Assembly (NCBI GenBank): GCA_963836235.1
Contig: CAWIIP010000002.1
Span: forward strand, 1,856,001-1,920,000
Direction of reading: 5' to 3'
DNA from: an uncultured Pseudomonadota bacterium
GTDB lineage: Bacteria > Oederibacteriota > Muellerivitia > Muellerivitales > Muellerivitaceae
DNA: 64,000 nucleotides
Both the position numbers and the translations under genes were made by a program. Positions 57,773-64,000 of the stretch are shown here, piece by piece. Each line of letters opens with the position of its first letter. Position 1 is the stretch's first letter. The notes under the pieces are model-generated. The model was not told the DNA's origin, made no database searches, and saw only the letters and a program-made list of their open reading frames with translations.

Positions 57773-57847
57773 TGGCTCCCCGGGTTGGACTCGAACCAAC
57801 AACCCTGCGATTAACAGTCGCATGCTCCACCATTGAGCTACCGGGGA
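57773..57847 (-). tRNA. tRNA-Asn(GTT)
   Basis: TCCCCGGTAGCTCAATGGTGGAGCATGCGACTGTTAATCGCAGGGTTGTTGGTTCGAGTCCAACCCGGGGAGCCA; cloverleaf with encoded CCA. Confidence 0.97.
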
Positions 57848-58026
57848 ATTTTCCCGAAAACACGGGAGGTTTAAATTGTGAAATGATAATAAAAACCCCC
57901 AAAAACCAAGGGCTTTCGGGGGAACGATAGTCTAAACCACTCCTAATAAATGTCAAGATTTGGAAACCCGGAAAGGCCGTCAAAAGCTGACTTATTCGGC
58001 GGTTCTGTTGTTGAAATGAAATACCG

Positions 58027-59061
58027 CTAGCCGGTTGTGCCATTGCCCCAAGGGTTGAAGTCCATTCCTTCTGTTAGCTCGGGGTTCTTGCCGGACCGGA
58101 AAGCCTCAATCATTAAGTCCTCGTAGCGCTCGTCTTCAACCTTCTTCGTCTTGCCTGTTTGCTCCATCCAGGCGAATTGGCGCTTCCAGGTTTCCACGAG
58201 AGGAACGGTGGTCTTGAAGTCGAGGTCCCGCTTGGCTTTGGAGTTGTCGAAGATGGAAGGATATTGGTAGATGTATTTAATTCCCATGGCCCGGCGCGGG
58301 GTCTGGGCGTAAAGCCAGTCGGTGGGGATATGGACGGGGTTGAACTTGCCGCCGACGGCTTTGGCCATTTCGGCGTAAACGCCGTCCCAGGTGGTGTGCT
58401 CGTCGCTGGTGACGTGATAGGCCTGGCCATAGGCCTTGGGGTTCAAAAGGGAATTTACGAAGGCCCGGCCCACGTCGGACACATGGGCCACGGCCCAGGC
58501 GGCCTTGCCCTCATCCATGACGATCACCGGCAAGCCTTGTTTCAGGCGGTTCGGAAGGCTGTTGTCGAAAAGCAGGCCCGGATATTCGGCGCCTTCGCCT
58601 GTGGTATAAGAAGGACGGATAATCGTGGTGTAAAGACCGTCTTTTCCGTTGGCCTGGAGTAAGGTGGATTCGATCTTGGACTTATTCTTTCCATATTCTC
58701 CCACGGGCCGGTGGGGCTCGTCGTCGGTGGCGGGAAGCTTGGTCATGGGGCCGCCATAGACGCAAACGGTGGAACAAACCACCAGGTGCTTGGCCCGGCC
58801 CGTAAAGGCCCTCAAGAGGGAGTCGGCGTTCTCGGGGGCGAAGGCCACCATGTCGATGACCGCGTCCATTTTCACTTCTTTCATCTGGTTCTCGAAGGCG
58901 GGATAGTCCCAGCGGTTGCCCTTGATTTCCTTGACGGTTTTAGGAATGCGCCAGGGGGTCACCCCCCGGTTATAGACCGTCACCTCGTCGCCCCGCTCCA
59001 CCAATTGGTTGACAATGGCCGTGGAAATGAGGCCTGTGCCGCCGATTAAAAGTATTTTCAT
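58027..59061 (-). CDS. NAD-dependent epimerase/dehydratase family protein
   Basis: IGGTGLIS; YGKNK; IIRPS; HVSD. Confidence 0.92.
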   Translation of the reverse strand: MKILLIGGTGLISTAIVNQLVERGDEVTVYNRGVTPWRIPKTVKEIKGNRWDYPAFENQMKEVKMDAVIDMVAFAPENADSLLRAFTGRAKHLVVCSTVCVYGGPMTKLPATDDEPHRPVGEYGKNKSKIESTLLQANGKDGLYTTIIRPSYTTGEGAEYPGLLFDNSLPNRLKQGLPVIVMDEGKAAWAVAHVSDVGRAFVNSLLNPKAYGQAYHVTSDEHTTWDGVYAEMAKAVGGKFNPVHIPTDWLYAQTPRRAMGIKYIYQYPSIFDNSKAKRDLDFKTTVPLVETWKRQFAWMEQTGKTKKVEDERYEDLMIEAFRSGKNPELTEGMDFNPWGNGTTG

Positions 59062-59324
59062 GAATTTCCTCCGGCGGCCATTTTAAACCGGCCCGGGGTT
59101 TCTGGGCGAGAAACATTGTCCAGGACGGAGTGTGGATTCGGCAAAAATGTTCGCCGCCGAACAGGGCCCACCGAAAATCACGGAAATTTTAAATTTTTTT
59201 GGGCGGAGTTGAGTCGACTTATGAAATTCCAAGTAAAATCCCTTTTTTAAGAGGGAGTGGACTTGAAAGGCAAGTGAAGGCCCGTCCATAATACCGGCAG
59301 ATTCGGCTAGCTTTGAGGAAAACC

Positions 59325-59858
59325 ATGCAGCATATCTCCGTAACCACTTCGGCCCATCCGCAACACAAAGACATTACCCTGCTCGCGGTCAAAGGCTTCC
59401 TCGACACCAATACCGCGCCGGAATTTGAGAAGGCCTTCCAATCGGTTTTAGCTGAAAAAAAGTTCAACCTCATCATCGACCTGAGGGAAACCAGCTACAT
59501 CAGCAGCGCGGGCTGGGGCATTTTCGTCGGAGAGATCAAAAGGATCCGGACCCAAAAGGGGGACCTCTTCCTTGTTTCCATGAGCCCGGAAGTAACGGAC
59601 GCCTACGAACTGCTGCAGTTCAACACCATTTTGAAATCCTTCCCGAACGTGGAACAGGCGATGGAAAAAGGATTTAAAAGATCCCGGGGAAAAAAGAGCG
59701 TCGAGAAACCGGTGGAAGCGGCTCCTGAAAATACCCCGGAGGAAAATAGCTACAAGAAAAACAGGATCGAAATGGACTTTGACGAACCCCTGGTGGAAAA
59801 GGGCCCGCAGAAGTCCCATTGGTTTTTGAGAATTCTCAAACCCTGGACCTGGTTTTAA
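59325..59858 (+). CDS. STAS domain anti-sigma factor antagonist with C-terminal extension
   Basis: GFLDTNTAPEFE; IDL....YISSAGWG. Confidence 0.9.
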   Translation: MQHISVTTSAHPQHKDITLLAVKGFLDTNTAPEFEKAFQSVLAEKKFNLIIDLRETSYISSAGWGIFVGEIKRIRTQKGDLFLVSMSPEVTDAYELLQFNTILKSFPNVEQAMEKGFKRSRGKKSVEKPVEAAPENTPEENSYKKNRIEMDFDEPLVEKGPQKSHWFLRILKPWTWF

Positions 59859-59918
59859 TCCATCGGATCCGGTAAAAGTTCCTCATCCTATCAATGATTG
59901 ATTTAAAAGAAGGACCGC

Positions 59919-60905
59919 ATGGCTTTGTTTAACCCCCTCTCATCCTTGTTCCGAAAAGACTCGAATTATTTGGCCGAATATAAGCGGTTTGAAAAGGCCA
60001 TCGAGCACAATCCCGGCGACGCGGGGCTCAAAACCCAATTCATCAAATTCTGCCTGCTGAACCGTTTTACGAAACGGGAAGTCATGGAAGAGCATATCGC
60101 CGAAGCCTTAGGGCTGTTTGAAACCATCGAAAACGCCGAGGCCTTCGACCTAGAATGCCATTACCTGGTCGGAAAGTATTACCAGGAAAACAAGGATTTC
60201 CGTAAGGCCTACCTGACTTACCTCAATGCCATCAAGCGTTTTAATACCCAGGTCGGAAAAAATCCCGACCTGAAAGGCGACAACGTGGAATTGGCCTATT
60301 CCATCGCCTTGAACCTTTTGACCCTTCAGGCCAATCCTATTGATCCGGAAGTGGAAAAGTGTTTTAAGAATATCCGCAAATCCTATCCCCTTCACGTCAA
60401 GCGCATTGAATTGGAAAATGAAATGGCGAAGCCGGCGCCTGACCGGGTACGCCTCCACCAATTGACCGAGGAAGTCCGAAAGCTGCGGGCGGAGGAGGAG
60501 AAGGAAAATTTGGCCATCGTGGTCAGCCAGGAAGCCGATTCTGTGGAGACGGAACCCATGGCCCAAAGCCCCGCCCCCAAACCGGCTGAAAAAGAGGATA
60601 TTTTGACCAAGCTATTCAGGGTTCCTTCCCCCTTTTCCAAGGAATGGGTTAACCAGCCCCCCAAAATTAAGGTTATCCAGGAGGAAAAAGATGATTTCTT
60701 TAAAATGTCCCCGCTGCCCGAATTGTCCGACTCGGTTTCCTCTTTCATGGTTTTTCGGAACAATGATTGGGAAGGCCCCTACAACCTTTCGCAACTGCGC
60801 TCCATGGGACCCTTGGATCCGACGACCTGGGTTTGCCGGGTAGGAAGCCAGCTGGTGACCCAGGCTTACGAGACGTCCGATCTTCATCCGCTGATTCTTC
60901 TGTAA
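59919..60905 (+). CDS. hypothetical protein: TPR-like N-terminus, C-terminal GYF_2 (DUF4339)-like domain
   Basis: Helical repeats; ..N...GPY....L......P.T.V.R.G. Confidence 0.65.
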   Translation: MALFNPLSSLFRKDSNYLAEYKRFEKAIEHNPGDAGLKTQFIKFCLLNRFTKREVMEEHIAEALGLFETIENAEAFDLECHYLVGKYYQENKDFRKAYLTYLNAIKRFNTQVGKNPDLKGDNVELAYSIALNLLTLQANPIDPEVEKCFKNIRKSYPLHVKRIELENEMAKPAPDRVRLHQLTEEVRKLRAEEEKENLAIVVSQEADSVETEPMAQSPAPKPAEKEDILTKLFRVPSPFSKEWVNQPPKIKVIQEEKDDFFKMSPLPELSDSVSSFMVFRNNDWEGPYNLSQLRSMGPLDPTTWVCRVGSQLVTQAYETSDLHPLILL

Positions 60906-60969
60906 GGAACCCCCCGTGCGGGAGATTAGGCGATGAAATTAATGGTTCTCTTGTCATCTTGGAGAATAT

Positions 60970-63159
60970 CTAAGTAGAACCCAGCCACTGCTTCCATGCC
61001 CGCAAAAGATAATACTCGTTATAAGGCAGGTCATTCGTGATCTCGATGGATTGGTCGGGGTTCAAAAGGGTTGAAAAATCCAACTCCCGTGAAAGCAGGG
61101 CTTGGACCACCTCATGGGGTTTATAGCTGGAGAACCATTCCATCAAATCGCGTTCAGCCGCCGGCGGCATTTTGTCCAGCAGTTGATCCGCCGATAGGCT
61201 TGGAAGGGGGGAAGAGGATGCCAGCAAGTGATAACCCAATCCGTCCGGAGAGTAGAAGGCCCTGACATAAGGAAAAACCCGGGAAATGGATCGGGCCGCC
61301 GCTTGAATGGTTTGAGCTTCCCCGGTTAGCACCCATTGTTGAAGGATACCTCCGGGATTCAAACGAGATTTCGCCGACTCATAAAATTCGGTCGAGTAAA
61401 GGAGACTCGATCCCGCGGCTTCCAGAGGGGGAGGCGGGTCGATGGTAATCACGTCGAAGGATTCGGTACTCCGGTGGAGAAAGCGGGTTCCATCGTCCAC
61501 CACCAGGCTCGCGTGAGGGGAAGAAGCCACTTTTTCCGCGTCCTCGAAGTAAAAACCGAAGGATTTTAAAACACTGGGCACCAGTTCAACCGCCGTGACC
61601 CGGATGCCCCAACTGGAGAGGGAACGGAAGGTGGTTCCCATTCCAAAACAAATGTCCAGGGCGGACCGGGGAGGGACGGCAAGAAAAGCCATCGGAAGAT
61701 GGGCCATCATTTTGGTTTCCTGGGTCAAAACCGTGAGGCCGATGCCATTGACGAACAGCTGTTTTCCCATCCCTTGGCCGAAACAAACCACTGTCGCGGC
61801 GTAATCCCTGCGAAGAACCCGGCGGGAATCACCGGAGTCCAATCCTTCCTCATATCCCACGGTCCAAAAAAGGGTAAGGGTTGCGAGGGAAAGGCCCAAC
61901 CCGGCGGAAACGAGGGTTGAAGGTCTCCGAGAATCCCCGCGAAAAAAATCCCTCAAGAAAAAGAAGCCAAAGGGCAGGGCTAGAAGCAGCATGGAATTCT
62001 TGGCGCCAAGCCAGGGTAACAGCAGGTAGGAAGCCGCCAGAGGACCCAGGATGCAGCCCAAAACATTTATCGCGTAAGCCCGGCCAGCTTCTCGGGGGCG
62101 GCCCAGCGAAAAACGGTCGATAAGCCGGGGCGTAAGGTATCCCAAAGAGGCGCAGAGGGGAGCGATACTCCCCAGGACACCCGCGACGGAAACATGGATC
62201 CGGGGATCGTTGACGGCGGCGGTCAAGCAGGCAGAGGCGAAAGCCAGGCCTAAAAGAGTGTGGCTGGAGCCCAGAGACCCTTTTCGCAAATGCCGTCGGT
62301 AAAGAATCGAGCCCAAATAAGTGGAAAGCAGGTAGGTTCCCAAGAGAGCGGAGAAGGAATAAACCTGGGTTCGGAGGATGATCGTAAAGGCTCGTGTCCA
62401 AACCACTTCCAAGGCCATGGAGCAAAAACCGGTCAGGAAAAGCAAGGGCAATATCGGCGCGGAAATTTCTCCGGCCAGACTTTCACGGATATCGAGAAAG
62501 GGGGGATTGGGTAGGCTGAGAGCTCTGTCGCGGCCCGACAGGACCCAGCTTCCCAGGGTGAGGGCGAAATTCAACAGGGCCGCCGAAACCAGCGTGGCCC
62601 GGAACCCTAAAACTTCAATGAGAACCATGGCTGTCACAACCGTTCCCGCCAAGGCTCCCAGTACATTGGCGGTGTAAAGAAAGCTGAAGCTATATTGAGG
62701 GTTTTTTTGCCCCCGGGAAAGATAGGCCATCATGAGGGGGAAGGTCGCCCCCATGCAAAAACACCAGGGTAGGAGGGATATCAGGATGACCAGCGCCGAT
62801 ACAAGGAGATAGCCCGTCGAATCCATAGCCCCCAGGGGAAGAAGAAACCTTTCTCCTGCCGAGAAAAGGACAGGCACCAGGAAAGCCCCTAGACCGATAA
62901 AAAACTCCGCCAGTCCGTAAAGGCGCAGGAAAAGAGCCGGTCGAAAAAGATCTCCCCGGCCTGAGACCCAGCTCCCTCCGCACCAAGAGCCCAATGCCAG
63001 TCCGGCCATGAATACGGAAATCACGACCGATAGGACGGGAGTGTTGATACCGAAAGAGGCGTAAGCCAGCCGGGTCCAGACCACTTGATAAAGAAGGCTG
63101 CAAAAACCGGAAATGAAAAAGAAGATGAAAAGCGGTTTTGAAATGGAAGAAGATTTCAA
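60970..63159 (-). CDS. fused MFS-like membrane domain / spermidine synthase-like SAM-fold protein
   Basis: SGFCSLLYQVVWTR; LYTAN.LG; ICFGMGTT; VELVP; DDG..FL; DVITIDPPPP; LYS.EFY. Confidence 0.9.
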   Translation of the reverse strand: MKSSSISKPLFIFFFISGFCSLLYQVVWTRLAYASFGINTPVLSVVISVFMAGLALGSWCGGSWVSGRGDLFRPALFLRLYGLAEFFIGLGAFLVPVLFSAGERFLLPLGAMDSTGYLLVSALVILISLLPWCFCMGATFPLMMAYLSRGQKNPQYSFSFLYTANVLGALAGTVVTAMVLIEVLGFRATLVSAALLNFALTLGSWVLSGRDRALSLPNPPFLDIRESLAGEISAPILPLLFLTGFCSMALEVVWTRAFTIILRTQVYSFSALLGTYLLSTYLGSILYRRHLRKGSLGSSHTLLGLAFASACLTAAVNDPRIHVSVAGVLGSIAPLCASLGYLTPRLIDRFSLGRPREAGRAYAINVLGCILGPLAASYLLLPWLGAKNSMLLLALPFGFFFLRDFFRGDSRRPSTLVSAGLGLSLATLTLFWTVGYEEGLDSGDSRRVLRRDYAATVVCFGQGMGKQLFVNGIGLTVLTQETKMMAHLPMAFLAVPPRSALDICFGMGTTFRSLSSWGIRVTAVELVPSVLKSFGFYFEDAEKVASSPHASLVVDDGTRFLHRSTESFDVITIDPPPPLEAAGSSLLYSTEFYESAKSRLNPGGILQQWVLTGEAQTIQAAARSISRVFPYVRAFYSPDGLGYHLLASSSPLPSLSADQLLDKMPPAAERDLMEWFSSYKPHEVVQALLSRELDFSTLLNPDQSIEITNDLPYNEYYLLRAWKQWLGST

Positions 63160-63305
63160 GAATAGCCTTTAGGATCAATTTTCAGTATTGGCTTGGACAT
63201 TCAAGATATAAGCTTGAAGTTTGTTGGACGAGAATTTCTGAATTTTATCAGTAATGAGAGCGAGGAAACAGAGCCTTTTCATTACCGTTTGGATAGAATG
63301 CCGCC

Positions 63306-64000
63306 ATGGATGATTTAACCCACGCCTTGGCGGGCACCCTCATGGCCCGAACCCATCCCTCGAAAAAAAGGGGATTGGTTTTGGCCTGCGTTTTCGGAAG
63401 CCTGATTCCCGATATCGACATTGTCCTGACCTTTTGGGGAAAGAATTTTTTCATCACCGAACACCGGGGCTTCACCCACTCCCTCTGGGGGCTTTTGCCC
63501 ATGTCTTTCTTGGCGGCGGGGGCGGCCTGGCTTTGGGCACGGAAAAAAGAGGACGGCGCTTCCTTCCGACTTCTCTGGGCCATGGCTCTGCTGGGGGTTC
63601 TTTCCCACATCCTGTTGGACTGGTGCACTTCGTGGGGCACGATGATTTTCTGGCCCGACCGCGCCCGTTTTTCCCTGGACCATCTTTTCATTATCGACCT
63701 TTGGTACATGGGCGTCTTGGCCCTGCCGATCGCTTGTAGCTTTTACTGGAAGGAATACCGGAGCCGGATTTGCGCCGCCGGGATCGCATTGACGCTCGCT
63801 TATCACGCCCTGGTGGCCTTCAACCATTCGAAGGCCCTGGCGATCGCGGGGGACGGCCATCCGGGAGCCTGGACTGCCGCTTTTCCCCAGCCCTTTTCGC
63901 CTTTCCGCTGGTCGGCCTATAACCGGGATAACGGATTTTTAAGAAACGCCCGGATCGATTTCCTCCAAAACGCCCAACCCCTGGAATGGAGCCAGTGGCC
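63306..64000 (+). CDS. YdjM/DUF457-type membrane-bound metal-dependent hydrolase, truncated by window edge
   Basis: Manual translation MDDLTHALAG...IPDID...HRGFTHS...SHILLDWCTSWGT. Confidence 0.9.
   Translation, partial: MDDLTHALAGTLMARTHPSKKRGLVLACVFGSLIPDIDIVLTFWGKNFFITEHRGFTHSLWGLLPMSFLAAGAAWLWARKKEDGASFRLLWAMALLGVLSHILLDWCTSWGTMIFWPDRARFSLDHLFIIDLWYMGVLALPIACSFYWKEYRSRICAAGIALTLAYHALVAFNHSKALAIAGDGHPGAWTAAFPQPFSPFRWSAYNRDNGFLRNARIDFLQNAQPLEWSQW

Noticed and set aside
57773-57847. tRNA-Asn as att site for the 43-55 kb island
   Set aside because: No duplicated tRNA 3' fragment or integrase seen in the window.

Overview
Gene-dense, moderately GC-rich bacterial chromosomal window from a diderm organism. 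Supporting genes include TolC/RND efflux, an outer-membrane barrel, a sigma54 promoter, PilZ and HPr. The long Thr/Pro-linker proteins with a YPNP-type C-terminal sorting-like domain suggest an uncultured lineage such as FCPU426 or relatives; this is inference only. Contents: about 60 CDS, an A1-type heme-copper oxidase operon, a transglutaminase/DUF2126 pair, a CusCBA-type copper efflux operon, malic enzyme, two toxin-antitoxin pairs, an IS30 element and tRNA-Asn. Most notable: (1) four direct copies of the 3' end of a SAM-methyltransferase gene (45230-55286) divide about 10 kb of co-oriented cargo into cassettes, with no integrase in view; (2) the oxidase keeps its D-channel but has lost the K-channel residues, and subunit II is frameshifted at G_GGA_AAA; (3) a CutF/CruR-like Cys/His/PP leader ORF with a 12-bp stem over the cusC Shine-Dalgarno; (4) a czcD(NiCo)-like RNA plus terminator upstream of a VIT1 exporter; (5) a CusB adaptor lacking lipoyl and hairpin domains. 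All assignments are by eye from motifs; no searches were run.
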